A DNA stretch of 63,985 nt, filler included, from Perkinsus olseni (lineage: Eukaryota), in assembly GCA_013115125.1 (NCBI GenBank). It is 4 parts of 4 records of this genome, joined end to end, with 100 filler letters (N's around TTAATTAATTAA, not from the genome) between each part and the next. Parts side by side here need not be neighbours in the genome. Positions count along the whole stretch, not along the records: positions 1 to 16,500 come from JABANN010000676.1; 3 more parts are not named here. One strand, 5' to 3'. This document shows, in pieces, positions 1 through 13,121 of the stretch. Below the pieces are notes generated by a model, which did not search any database, was not told the origin of the DNA, and saw only the letters and a list, made by a program, of their open reading frames with translations. Within the stretch, counting starts at the first letter, position 1; each line of letters opens with the position of its first letter. A program made the position numbers and the translations under genes.

Positions 1-339
1 TGGGGGTCGAGGATGATATCATCACATTAGCGAGTTGTTGTTGTTGTTGTTGTTGAGACATCAGCAAATTGGCTTCTGAATGGTATAGTCGTTATTGAGA
101 ATGTCCACCCGAAGCTTTGAAGGATGCAGAATGATCGGTCCGTCATCCGTGATCAAGACCACTATTGTGTGAAATTGGCGTGACAGCCAGCCTCCTTTGT
201 GGCACAAAGTTTGTGCTGAGAGACGTGGCGATTGTATCATGTACAGCACGATGCTTCTAAGAATCTCCCCTTCTTAGAAGCTTAGAAGCTGCTTCTATCG
301 ATCGAAGCAAGGATGCATCATGACACGGCTTCCGCACAG

Positions 340-1337
340 GTTCGAGTCCCAGGCAAGGTCCGAAGACCTCCGAGGCGTTCGAGGCCTCATGTTCGTCCAT
401 ATACCATTACCCGAGGTACGGCAGATCCTGAAGTCGCAGCAGGTCACATGCAGAATCGCGCTGTACATTGCGAGAAACTTCATACGACAGTGTCGTAACG
501 ACACGGAAGACGAGTGTTCGAGTGATCGGAAGACGATCAAGTTTCAACCTATAAGACCCGCCCTGGGCTCGAGAGTCTTGGGGCGCCATCCACGAGACCA
601 GACTTGGGGTCTCATGTGATGTTGCGTCAGATTCTTCTATACTGGAATGCGTACGGCGAGGACCCGCATCTGGTGGTTGGTGAAAGAGACGAGAGCGTTG
701 CTTGCAGTAGCGCCAACACCGGTGAGAGCTCTTGTGCCACAAGACTTGTGGTTACTTCCACCGTCGTCTGTTACCTAAAGCGGCTCCGCAACAACGCCCT
801 TCACTCTGCTTAATTCTCGCGGAGCCGATTCATCGCTCCGAGGTTCATCGACGGATTGTGGGTTGAATAACCCTCGTCAGGTCTTTTCGCAGCGGCCCTC
901 GGCCTCAACGTAAGCGGTATATTTCACGGCCATAATCACAACAACGACTTCCTCGCTCGAGTAGAGTCGACCACTCGGACGATACACGTCGGGTATGGCA
1001 GGAAGAGTGGCTACGGCGGCTACGGTGGAGGTGAGCACGCCGACGGGCGTCTGTTGCAAGATTGCTGTGATGATTGGATCAGTTCTCGCCGACAAGCCCG
1101 GCGCCAGAGTTATCATTATGAAACTCGATGAGGACCGACAGGATTACACATGGAGCACCTACATACGACTTGAGAACAACTCTCCCGCTCACGAAACGGT
1201 CCGACAAGTAGGCGTCGGTTGCACCGATCGTTTCTCGTCCGTATTCTTGCTCTAACCAGTCGGCCGAAACGAACTCTCCGTCTCCAACAGGAAGGACGTG
1301 CTGGTGTTGTGTGCCTTTCTTCTCAGAGCCGCCTAAC
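340..1337 (+). CDS. Calcineurin-like metallophosphoesterase (DCR2/PAP14-like), 3' exons only; paralog of 13741-16303
   Basis: GT-AG exons 340-415 (..GLMFVHIPLPE), 631-721 (ILLYWNAYGEDP..CSSANT), 881-1030 (GIFHGHNHNNDF..GYGRKSGYGGYGG) and 1083-1207 (PGARVI..TWSTYIRLE) match the downstream paralog exon for exon. The frame and stop of the last exon are uncertain. Confidence 0.8.
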
Positions 1338-1675
1338 TGTGAGGTCTGGTTATGATATCCAAGGCTTTTGCTCCGGCATGACGTAACAGGTGAACAGTCA
1401 CACTATCGCCCCCGAATGGCTTCTCAACTTCGTCGAGGTCTCGGACTCCTCATGATAAAATTCACGTCGAGACAATGTACAGCCGAAGCGAAGGAGATTC
1501 CATTCCCAGGCTTCCATACCAGATGTTCTCCACTTGTTTCGTTGATTCTTGATTTTTGGCATTCCCATCATTTTCTAGCGTGAAGCTCGCTCGAGCAACC
1601 TTTTCTATCTTAACTCTAGCGTTGCTCACAGTCGGGTTTCCTGCTGCAAGGCCTTGTCGTAGTTCCTAGTTTAAG

Positions 1676-4297
1676 ATGGTGGTGATTGCTCTGGCTCCAG
1701 TGCTCCTGAATTCTGCAAGCTGTTACGCTGATCCCAGCTCAGTAGACTCGCGGTTGCACTTTTCCGTGTAGTGACCGGGTTCTTGCCAAGAACCAGGAAC
1801 CGAGACTTTCTTTGTAGCAATCCTCTGAGCTCTGCCTCAGAAAGACATTAGCGTCTTCGTTGCGTTTCTCCATAGGGAATCCTTATTGGGATAATGCGGC
1901 TTGCATGGATTCGGCGAGTTGGTAGTTTTGCTTCTGAATCTCTGTGCTTAGCGGAATGCTAATTTCATCAATATGGACACTTCTTGCGTTAGGGACATCT
2001 TCCCAGGTCCCCTTCAAGAGTGAAGGTACCGCAACCTGTGGACGGAGTCGCAGCGAGGAACTGACCCGATCCTTCCTCAGGTATTCCGTCTGCGTCACCT
2101 AGGGTCCGTGCGCTGTGCAATAGAAAAAAGAAGTCGGGTGGTGGGATCCTGTGTCCGCTGAGCGCTGCTAGACAAAGTGTTGGGTATATAGAAGTGGGCC
2201 CCTCCAACAAGTTAAGTGTCCACGGTTTCCTACGGCCCCGTATCAGTCCAAAAGATACTTCTACGCTGTGATGGAAGCTGAGTGGAAGCCGCACACCTCA
2301 CCAACGTTTGTGCTTTTCCCCGGAGGACTAGGCGATAGTGCGCTCACTATGGCACTGGGAGGGCTCGGTCCCTGTGAGTTTTGGGGAGACGAAGAACCCT
2401 GGCGCTACAGGTGAGACAATGAAGCAGTTGGTCATTTTGATACCCTGTTTCGCTCAAGGTCCGGGTTTACTGAACAAACCAATGGTATCTTCATCGATGC
2501 CCCGGGGCCAACCGGTTTCAGCACTGGGCCGATAGAGCAAACCGTAGAGGAGATTATCGATCACATGTGAGCCGCCGTGATGAGAAGAGGATTCCTTTTT
2601 CTCTCGCTTTTTCAGGACGGTTTCCGTCCTCGAGCTCTTCAAGAGGTATCCAAGGCTCAATAATAAGGTGCATCTGTTTGGATTCTCAGCATCGGGTAGG
2701 ACCCTCGTACAGTGCGACCCACAACTGCAAAAGTTCTCCGCAGTGATCAGTCTGCCATTTCCCTCCAGCCACGTTTGTCGCTATGCTGGGAGACCGGATT
2801 GTCAAGCTCCATAATTCAAGGGTCGATCTTGCTGGGGTGTTGTTGATGTCTGGCGTGGTTGGTCCTTCGGAGGTGTAAGTCTTCCATGCATTCCTGCTTT
2901 GATGAACTCCTCGCACCAGTTACCGAGGATGTTACGAGATGGCGCGTAAGCGGAAGCTGCTCACTGCCGAACAGTTGGGTGGTGCTTCTCACGTGTAACT
3001 CACATACCAACTTTCCCCAGACTCGTGAATATGTTCAAGGCTCTGGAAAACTGTGAGCATCAGATAGCGATGTGCAATGGAAATGGCGTCGCGCCGCCTC
3101 CGTCCCCACGTAGGCCTCTGCCGTGGGAATTTCACCCTGCCCAATGCTGATGCCTCTACCAGGTGACTGGCCAGCTGAATGCGATGATGTTGAACAAAAC
3201 TGCATGGACGCGTTTTTCAATCCTCTAGAGGAGAAAGGAATAGATCTGTGAGTATCACCCGAGGCCTCGGCATCTAATTCGGTCTCGGCACCTGTCCTGC
3301 AGTAGCCTGTCTTCTACTCCCTGCGATCCTTGGGCTTCATTCGTGTGTTGCAGTTATGATGTCCGTCACAAAGCAGAACCGGAAGACTGCAATGTCGACG
3401 ATCACCCAGTAAGCCAATGGGAGCCACATCGTAAAGTGTATGCGTACGGCTTCGTGACTGCTTTACTATTTTCTTCAGCCTTACAGATACCTCAATCGGC
3501 CCGATGTGCAACGGAAGCTAGGCGTCTCAGGGCACTGGCAGCATTACAATGACGAGGTTGCTGTCCATCGCCGCTGTTACAGGGTCTCAATTCTTTTCAG
3601 GTCTTGGACGCGTTGTTGAAGTACAACATCTATGATGCTACCTACCACGTTGAACAGCTACTTGATAATGGAGTGAAAGTGAGGAGAAGATCATGTTCAG
3701 GCGACTGCCTCAGTCTCTAGAGCTCTCAAATTCTCACTGAGAACCGTGGCTAGCGTTAAAGCCTTTAGCGCACACCACCTGGCGACGTCATAGTTAATAG
3801 AACGACTTTGCTTCTGACGTCGATCTCGTTGGCGGCTAATCGTCTGAATTCCTGTGACGTCCTTAACGATGGTTATGATAGCCCCGCAACGACAGGTATT
3901 GGTCCTTCATGGCGACCAAGACTACATAACTAATTCAGTGGGGGCGCTGGCCTGGGTGCTAAAGTTGAATGGGTCGATCGAGTACGGCTCGATGTTGGCG
4001 AAAGTCACAGCTGAGAACATTCCGGTCGGTCCTTCCCCGACGCTCTTGCTCGCTGTATCTTCTGCTGTGCCCCTCAGCGATGCGCACCTCCCCACGCTCT
4101 CGGTACGATAAGGTCGCTGGAATACACTAATGGAGCCAAGCTTGCATTCATAGAGGTACCGTCTACCGTTGATAATTGAATAGTCGTCTAGAGCTCTAAC
4201 TCAGGTCTCTGATGCGGGACATTTGCCCATGATAGACCGCCCTCTGAGGATGCTGTCAGTATTCAACAGCTTTATCTCCGGGCTGCTGTGGCACTGA
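1676..4297 (+). CDS. Serine carboxypeptidase, peptidase S10 family (multi-exon; start uncertain)
   Basis: Spliced exons read QSVGYIEV, YFYAVMEAE..PTFVLFPGGLG..GLGPC, TNGIFIDAPGPTGFS, VHLFGFSAS (nucleophile elbow), VLVLHGDQDYITN (Asp) and VSDAGHLPMIDRP (His). Stop TGA at 4295-4297. Confidence 0.8.
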
Positions 4298-4682
4298 TAA
4301 AACCGTGGTTGAATGACGATGAGCTTCAAGCCTCTGGTCGGGCGGGCACGTTTTAGACTCTTTTTATGAGAAGAACATTCAGTATTATTAAGAATGTTGC
4401 TATGTTCTAGACAGCTCATGCTTAACGCTCAAACTTTAAGTGCAAATAAAAGCTTTCAAGTACGCGCTTACAGTCCTCGCACTTATTCTTTCGGAATCCT
4501 TTTCTGGTAGAATCTTCCTTGTTGAAGAAGAGTCTTTGAGTAGTTTGGTTTCGCTTTAGCCAAGTATGTGCGGTGTTCTGATGGAATCAATCTATGGGGC
4601 GCTTGCAGATGCAGGAATCTGTGCTCGGCGTCCCGTTCCCACATGCTGTTTCCCTTTTACAGCCGGGCGCCCCCCCCCCCCC

Positions 4683-4936
4683 ATTGTTGTGCTGAATGTT
4701 AGGCTTGAGTAATCTGTCACTGGATTGTCCACAGGGAATTGAGATGACCTGAGATCGACATAAGTCTTTCTTTGTGGCTCGGATTACATACGTCACGCGG
4801 CGGCCATAAGCATAGCAGACTCCTCGAGATACGAAACCCCTTCACGCTCAGAAAACGTCGCATGAAACGGACCTTTAGGGTTACGAATGGTTAGCCCTCA
4901 CTCTCATCCGGGCCCGGCAAAACAGAGCGATTTCCG
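4683..4936 (+). repeat. 254-bp direct repeat, copy 1 (identical to 13122-13375)
   Basis: ATTGTTGTGCTGAATG...CAGAGCGATTTCCG recurs at offset 8439 with no mismatch seen by eye. Confidence 0.95.
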
Positions 4937-5356
4937 GGGTGACCCGGTTAGGCTCATCACAGTTTGGTAATATCAACAATCTCTGTGAAATCACACTCAG
5001 AATGGTGAATTCAACCATGGTTGTTAGAAGTAACTACGCTGGTGTACTATCATCGGAAGTCGCTATTCTCAACGAATGATGGTATACGCAAGTCTCATTT
5101 GCTACCTCCCTACTTGCCTCCTGCTCGACAAGATGCGAGATATGAAATTCTGAACATCCAGAGCAGTGAACCTCCCACACCCAATCCACCGCCGTGAGAA
5201 CTCAAAGCACGCAGTCGACTGAGAAACATATACAATGGGCAACATGTATTCAATATGGGGAATTGAACTTTGGGCAAATATTCTCCCGCGATATGGGCAC
5301 AGGTCCTGTGCCAGAGGTTTTCTTCTGCGTAACCCTTGCAAAGGATATGACCGATG

Positions 5357-8300
5357 TTAGTCCTCATCAGGCTCCGGTACACGGATGATCTCGCCAACGG
5401 AGTCTGGATCAACAGGCTTCGGGATAACATCATACTCAGAGCTTGCGCTTGAAAATGACGAAGATGGGTTACAATCGGGATCGACTGGTTTCGCAACATC
5501 TTCATAGCTGCAACTTTCACTCGTACATGATACAGACGACATCGATAGCTCTCGAGCAGATTGTCCCGAACAGCTCTCTTCCGAGCGCGGTATGGTATCT
5601 GGATCTATAGGCCGGATGACCTCTGTTGCGCTGCTCTCGCTATCAGAGCTCTCTGCAATTCCAGACGGTTGGTGATCGGGATATGCCACTTTTACTGTTC
5701 CGCCGGAGCCTACGCTGCCCTCGTCTGAGGGCTCGGACCTGTCCGGAGCTGAGGTAGAGATCAAACTACCGCTTGCATTATCGTTCGAGAAGCTCATACC
5801 TGGAGGTGCCGAAACACCGCTGGTGTGCCGGCCGAGAACCCCTTTCTTCTTGGAAGGGCGACCCTTTCTGACTGTCGACACTTTGCGGTTGGCATAAAAC
5901 CTGCCACACAAGCCGATTGAAAGAGCGTTCCAGGATTACTGTCACAGATTAAGCTTGTGAACACAGGCTCACTTCTTCTTCAGTTCACAAGACACTTCGG
6001 CCGCGAAACAGTGGCTACAGCTCCCACTGTCATGAAACTGTTTGCAGTTGCATGTCGACAGTACGCGCTCGTCCACGGCGTCTCCAGACTCATCTTCCAG
6101 CCTCACGTCAAGAGGGACGGAGATGAGATGGTACTTGAAGTACTGTTGTTTGACGTCGTCCACTGTTCTCAAGTTTTCGATACCTGAAACGAGTTTTCAA
6201 AACGTGCATGGCCAGTATTCAGCTGGGAATATACATTACCAGTGCCTGCTTCTCCTTCGAACAGGCTTGAGAGAAACTACGTTATCGGCTCATCGTTGAA
6301 CGAGTCGCTCCCATCAGAGACCAGGCCAGATCGGCAAAGGAAAAATCTAACCTCGATATTCTCTTCTTCAAACAACACCTCCACTTCGTCGGTGACCTGA
6401 ATCGAGCACTGAAACCGCTGAAAAAACCATATCGCGATATGATATCGGCGATAATGCTGGTATCACCATCTTGTTGACCTGCCAACCAGCCTACCTCTTT
6501 CAGCTTCTTCGAGTTGACCAGTGATGTACCGGAGACCTTCATAGCTGAGGTATATCCTGTCTGCTGGATTTTCTCAGGCCTTCTCACGAAATGAGGGCCC
6601 TCACGAAGATCCTCGAGAATCTGAAATTCATCAATCGCGCTCTTCTATACAAGTTCCACAAGCACTCTAGCTATATGGTATTCCGTATATATGGTAACTA
6701 GGTATTTCGGAAGTTGTTCTGTTATACGGCACACGCATACTCACCATGACGATGTTGCTCACGAACTGTGCGAGGTTGAGTCTTTCATCATTCAGGCAGT
6801 TAGAGATTTTTTTGTGCCAACTCTCGACTACGTTCGTGGTAACCTGAGATGACCCAGTATCTGTATCACAGCTGCCAATCACGTCGTTGATTACCTGTGC
6901 ATTGGTGAGACCTTCAGGTGAGAAGAACAAGTTGGGATACCCATATTTGGAGGGGTCCAGTGTCTCCTTGAGATAGGCCTCGGCAGTGTCACTCATCTCT
7001 TTTGCCTGCTCGATGAGGGCGGAGCACAACACCCGGTAAATTTCATCTGTGGGGCTTGTGTGAAGTAAGTACAAGCTCCTTTTCACCTTCCCCAAAACAT
7101 CAAAACCACGAGGGGGCAAGCAATTAGGTCTCTACTCTACGACAGCGTTCATATCGAGGCCGTACCAGATCGTAGGCAGTGCCCAATGTTTTCTTCTTGT
7201 CCTTTATATTCTTCGTTATGTGAAAGTAACATCGCCCTGCAATTACAAGCCAGACTCACAATTAGCAGGAGAAACGAAGGAATACCGTTCCGAGCACCCG
7301 GTAACTCTGACCTTGCAGCGGTCAGAGCCCCTTGGTGGGCATCGTGGACAACGAAGGGTACACAATCCTCAAGTCCTAGGTACCCCATGTCGGTGGATAG
7401 TCCCAATGTCAGCTCTTTCACGAGCCAATTAAGCTTCTGTAAGGCATATTTATAAGTCGCCTTGCCTTCGCAATCCACGATCGCCATCATGAACGGCACG
7501 AAGGCATGTTGGTACTTGCCCGTCTTAGGGTTGAACCTTGAATATCTCTCTGACGAGCAGCTTGTGATAGCCTCAGTGGTCTTACCTAGTCCGATTAGAA
7601 CCGAGCCACATTATCTGCAGCTTATTGCGCAACAGTTTATTTTGACAATCTTGGTACAGGGCGAACTTTGGGTTCTCGCTCTCGGAAAGGTACCATTTCA
7701 AAGAAGTAAGCATCGCTGAACAAAGCCTTCGTCGGGCCAATTTTTGAAGCGAAAAATGCAAAACTTTCCCCCATCTCCCCTGCCCACCTGCGTTTCCAAC
7801 CATGCACGCGAAATGCTCCTCGCCCCAGGTGCCACCGTAGTAAACAACCTGGCCTCTATCGATATTCTTCTCCTCTCTTATCGACGTCAGCATGGCGTCG
7901 TCAATCTTGTAAGGAGCGAAGAGTTGTTCTAAGTCACCGAAGTTTACGACTTCTTCCCGGATGCCAGACTTGATCTCACTGATCTGAATCGCGAAAGCCA
8001 GCTTCCCTTCTCTCGACGACAGCGGCATTCTACCTGTTTGCTGGATACCTGATCTTTGTAGAAATGGAAATTCGAGTTGAGGGTGGCCTTGATGTTGCTG
8101 GGCTTGACGCCCTTTCTCGCCTCGCGGTCAATATACTTGCGAACGATCGGTGGATGGCGCTGCCTCTTAAGATCTCTGACTACTCCCGAGTGCTTTCCTG
8201 AGAGAAGCGGTATTCACATGTTCGAAGGTGCGTGGTTCACTCGAGTACCGGTTTGTTGCACCTCAACTTCGGCTCCCCTGAGTATCACCCTCAGCTTGAG

Positions 8301-8468
8301 CCCACATTTGACATGTTTGGCACAGACGTATCGCATCATGTGTGGCAGCGCGGATCCGTATTTGGTCACGGGAAAATCAATGTTCACCGACGCAATGGCT
8401 TCGTGGAAGGGGTCTTCCACAGTGGCCGCCCTTCCCTTCCAGAGCACCTCCCACTCGTAAGAGGGCAT
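5357..8468 (-). CDS. MULE transposase (spliced): N-terminal WRKY/FLYWCH-like Zn domain, DDE core, SWIM finger
   Basis: Exon peptides YVCAKHVKCGLKLRV..NH; LYQDCQNK (D1); VVHDAHQG (D2); CYFH (CxxH); TTNVVESWHKKI (E); TCNCKQFHDSGSCSHC (SWIM); KGRPSKKK; then a Ser/Asp-rich tail. Confidence 0.85.
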
Positions 8469-8809
8469 TCAAGGATACTGGTAAACGAAGAACTGTTCAC
8501 GAAAGACGATTAGCTTTCCCAGCAGAACAACTTGCTAGAAATAGCGATTGTCAGAGCCCGGCGACTCGAAAAAAACTGCTCGAAAACTACTCGAACACGA
8601 CGACGATGATGATATATCATTAGCAACAGAATTAAGAAGGCAAACAGTGCGGCAACTTAATTGACGATCTTTGAACACAACCGAGCAATAACTCCAGAAA
8701 CACTGTTTGGTAAGCATCTTTTCCCGTACAGCATACCTCTTTGAAACATTTGTTAAGATGCATGGAATCGATTTGCATGGAAGTTACTACTAACGGCAAT
8801 TACTCGAAC

Positions 8810-11027
8810 CTAGGGCCTACGACAACTTCGGACGGCATTACGTCGGCCTGGGCTCGATTCAGTCACTGATTGAGTGAGGGTCGACGGACTGGACGGGCAG
8901 CGACCCGAGCTTTCCATCCTCTCTTTCACCGAGACCTCTACCGTTCCAGTCACCGAATTATAAGCCAAAGACACTGTCTCAGAATCACTCCTTACCAGGA
9001 TCACGCGGACGGCCTTATACCAAGTTTTCGTCTCTACCCATTTACAAATCTCCAGCTTCGCAACTTTCTTTGGTCTAACCATTGTACCCGAACCATATCG
9101 GACGGGCAAACCTTTGTGATCCCCGTCGAATACGACAGTCGCTGCAATCGCGCTCTCCTTCAAGTTCTTGATATGGAGGAAGTCCGCTCCGTTTTCGGAA
9201 CACAAGCGGATTGCCATGTTCTTCGAGGGGCTCCATACCCAGCCTTTACTATCCGTAACTGACTGCGTCGAAATATGGCCAGCTTCTGCATGACATTTCA
9301 CTTTGTAATTCCGCAAGTTCTAGCTCATGGGGCGGGCCCTCGAGGACTAGTATTACCGCTGGGTGGTGAAATGCTCCCTGCTGAAGGGGAACCGTCCTCG
9401 ATATCAACGCGTCCATTCGCTTCCACCATGTCATGCTGGTTCTACGATGAAGACGAGTTACCAATGCGCACGCACTGCAACGACCGCCTCACCTGAGCTC
9501 CGGCTATTTTCATCGCTCTCAAAGCCGTCTGGTACATATCAACTTCTCCTTGGGCTTTGGTTAACTCGGCCTGCACGTGGGACTTCTCCAAGCATACCTT
9601 CATGAGCTCCTCATCCAGGGCATCGATCTGTTACATGATGAATTCACCGTACGGTAGGCTCGGCTAGAAGTTCAACCAGTGCATGCATGACCCTCCTACT
9701 TTCTTTTGTAAAGCCGCTCTATCCTTCGAATCTTCGTTGTTTTGGAATACCTATAGAAAGGAAACACCGCATAGGCTCAGCTATAGGATCGCAACCCACT
9801 TCCTTCCTCAAAGTTTCGGCCTCGCTGAGTGTGCTTTCCAGAATGGAAGTCTGCATACAAAAGCATCCTTGAAGTACTACCGAAGATTTTGAATTCGGCT
9901 TACCTTTTCCTGCAAATGTTTCTCGAGCTCGGCAACCTTGTGTTTCAGGGAATCGCACTGGGATTTTTGATCACAGACCTTGTCGCACGAAGCAAACGAG
10001 AATGAAATGATGGAAGCCAACAATGATTACCTTTTGCTCGCTGCTTTTCTGAAGTTCGTTTATAGTCTGCGCCATCGTATCACACTGGGTGTTCTGACGT
10101 GAGAGTCAGATGAGCAATGTCACCAATGAGTTATGCATGACAATGACATCAACTTGATGTATGCGAAAGAGAAATCTACTCTCTGGCGGAGTTCCTCCTG
10201 AAGTGTCTTCTGTTGTTCCTCTCTCTCAGCAATCTGCTTCCTCAACGCTTCGAACTGTGATTCAGTAGCCTAAGACATATGGGCCAGTAGCCATTGGATA
10301 ATTCGTCGAATGAACCGCACGTCATTGAGTTCTTGACAGTTTCCTCGCTCCCGTACCAACTCCTGTCGAAGGCCATCTATCTAAAACAGCATTAAGAGTC
10401 CTAGCTTAATACCATCCGCACAGTACTTCTTTGGTCAATCTCCCCCGTTCACAGACTGACTCTTCGAGCTTGGAATTCTGACAGAATAACCGATCATAAC
10501 AAAACACATGCCACAAGCCATGACCATTAACACATGAATTACTTTCTGCCGGAGTTCCCCTTCAAGAATCTGTTGCTGGTGTTCATTTTCGGAGAGTGTC
10601 TGCCTTAAAGCTTCGCACTGACACACATGAGCCTAACAGCAAGCACTCGAAACGAACTGAAGGAGACATTCAAGCACCCATACGACGTCCTCACTTCATG
10701 CAAACGGTCCGTGTGACATGGCAAACTGCGAATATTTCTTACCGAAACATCCTTAATCGCACCACCCTCTTTGGATTGCTCACGCTGCCGCTCCATTTCA
10801 TGGCGCAAACATTCTATCTGAGAGCCAGCATAAGACCTTTCGAACAGTGCAAGATCGGTGGAGGGGCCTACTTCCTCCTGCATGGCTCTACAGGCGACTT
10901 CACCCTCGGCAATCTGATGAAATCCTCTAACTAAGTACTCGATCCTCAGAAGTACCTTCCTCGCCACAAGCCTCTTATTCCGTTGATGTCGGCTGCGTTT
11001 CCCGGCAGGCTTCGTAGAAGAATGCAT
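8810..11027 (-). CDS. Multi-exon coiled-coil protein with beta-rich C-terminal region, inside the MULE (accessory or cargo gene)
   Basis: Short GT-AG exons: MHSSTKPAGKRSRHQRNKR (basic, NLS-like), QIECLRHEMERQREQ, EALRQTLSENEHQQQILEGELRQK, IDGLRQELVRE, IDALDEELMKVCLEKSHVQAELTKAQGE; final ORF 8810-9316. The gene model is approximate. Confidence 0.5.
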
Positions 11028-13121
11028 ATCACGAAGAAAATAGAATCTTAATTCGAGCGAACACAGGCGGCTCAAATATCTACTTCGCCACTAAGGCTGC
11101 CCGTGATAATTGAATTATCATAATTCAAGATTTCCTGAGAGCGCAATGAGAATTTAGTATTTCATGCATCATGATATTATGTGACCCTCCGAAGGCGATC
11201 ACCTAGGCAGTCACCTTATCAGGGACGAGCTCCAGGGACAGCTCCTCATAGAATAGCAATGAAAAACAGAAGCCGTTCAAAGCCCAAGACTCTTGGGCCA
11301 AGAGCCTACCTCTAATATAGTCTTTATTATAAAGATTATAAGACAAGTCTCAAACAGGTCTTAACAGTCTTAACAGGCGAAACATAACGAACGCTCAAAC
11401 GTAACCTCAGAAATTCGCTGAGAACTATAGTATCCAGATTTCGAAGCAGACGAGTTCCACTGTCCCGCCCGATGGGTAGTACCGTGTAACACAGTCTGCG
11501 TTTACATTGACCGCCTGCGAAGCCTGCTGCGCCAACGCTGGTGACTGCCACTCCGGTGCCAATCCCTGACATACCGATCATTGAGAGGGGATCCATAAGT
11601 CGAGGTAAAATTTCACATTCCAGAATCGAACCCCCAGCCTTCGTCATGCTGCCAACGGTCTTCATCAACTACACCATAACTACGACACGAATTTCGAGTG
11701 ATCGCTCGTCTGGCGTAGCCGGGAACGGGCGCGCGCTTGCGTGTGCGCAAGATGTGCGACGTGCAAATTACAAGTGTGACCCTTGCTGACTCTCCTTATC
11801 TCCATACGAGTCATTGCCGCTGGCGGGTTTCCTGGTTGTCCGGCATAAGGTATAGGGCCTATAACTTGGACTTTACTGTAGACCTAACCTGCCATACCTA
11901 CGGCCCGTAGGCAACGGGCGGTCTGTACCATCAACTTGGTGACGGTGACCGGGCGACCAGTCGTTACACGACCATGTCAATGCACGGCGTGTACTGCACG
12001 GCCTGAAACTATTGGCTCTACGCCTTACCATGACAACCTGTGTGTCAAACTTCTTTCTTTTTTATCTCAGAGAGGAGATTCCGTGATGCCCAGTGCCACT
12101 GGGCCAGTGCCCAGCCCACTTCCCTTGACGATAGGGCGGAACGATTGCCCAATAGGCGTTGCTCCCGCGTCGCTACTCCGTAGGCATATGTTGGTAGGTA
12201 TATGTTCGTAAATATATGTTCAGACGTCACGAGCACGATGCATTCGCTGTATGATACTTCATGGGATAGCAGCAATGTGACTGCATGACGAACTCAGAGA
12301 AGAATTTCATGGAAAGAAAATGTAGGCCAGATAGGACTACTAGTAAGTGCTAATTACACTTAATAATGTAACGTCTAATACGTTACATTAACACGTGTAA
12401 CACGTGTAATGAAGAAACAGAGGGACTTTCGCAGCTTAGAGTTCGAATCGTGGCATTGTTGAAACCTTCTTGGCCGATGAATCGTACGATTTTTGCTCCT
12501 TTGAACGGCTGTTGAGTACCGAACGTAGGGCAGATCAGTCGCTGGACGTCAGCATATGTAAGGATTCCTCGAGTACCTTGCTCTCATGTAACTGTCTAAC
12601 GACGAAACGTTCTTAACAGCGCGGCGGAAAGCTGCCTTGGGAGATATTTTGGATTGGAGCAAGAGCGGTAGACTAACACCGCGAACAGTTATTTTCGCAC
12701 GCATCCGCGGAACGTGTTAGACGTCAGAAATGTGCAAAATCGTGTACAAGCTAACCATCGCAATCGCTTGTAGAGATGACGTGTTAGGCAGATCCAATAC
12801 AGAGAAATACATCCGACACATTTTCGATACACCGACAGTAGACTGCGCGAAAGAGGAGCAACAGATGCCTGGGAGTCCCATTATTTAGCTACAATTTTGA
12901 TTACATTAGCAAAATAATCCCCCAGCGATGCAGAAAGAGCTTTACAGAAACACGTCAATTAGCAGAACAAGCACCGCTGAGATTAACGACGCGTAATGAG
13001 AATAGCAATTACAACAAACCTGAGTTGTGAAAAAGCCTACCGCATGATGACACCGAGTTGAGTTGAGAATACCAAGCAAACATGACAACATCCATCCATC
13101 TTTAGGCTAACCCAATTTCCC

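Larger units (their letters stand above)
4937..13121 (-). mobile_element. Mutator-like (MULE) DNA transposon with degenerate TIRs, ~8.2 kb, two genes
   Basis: Left end GGGTGACCCGGTTAGGCTCA versus reverse complement of right end GGGAAATTGGGTTAGCCTAA (13/20 ungapped). Further shared blocks: TTGGTAATATCAAC/TTGGTATTCTCAAC and TCAC(A)ACTCAG. Contains a MULE transposase, and its ends coincide with the flanking direct repeats. Confidence 0.7.
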
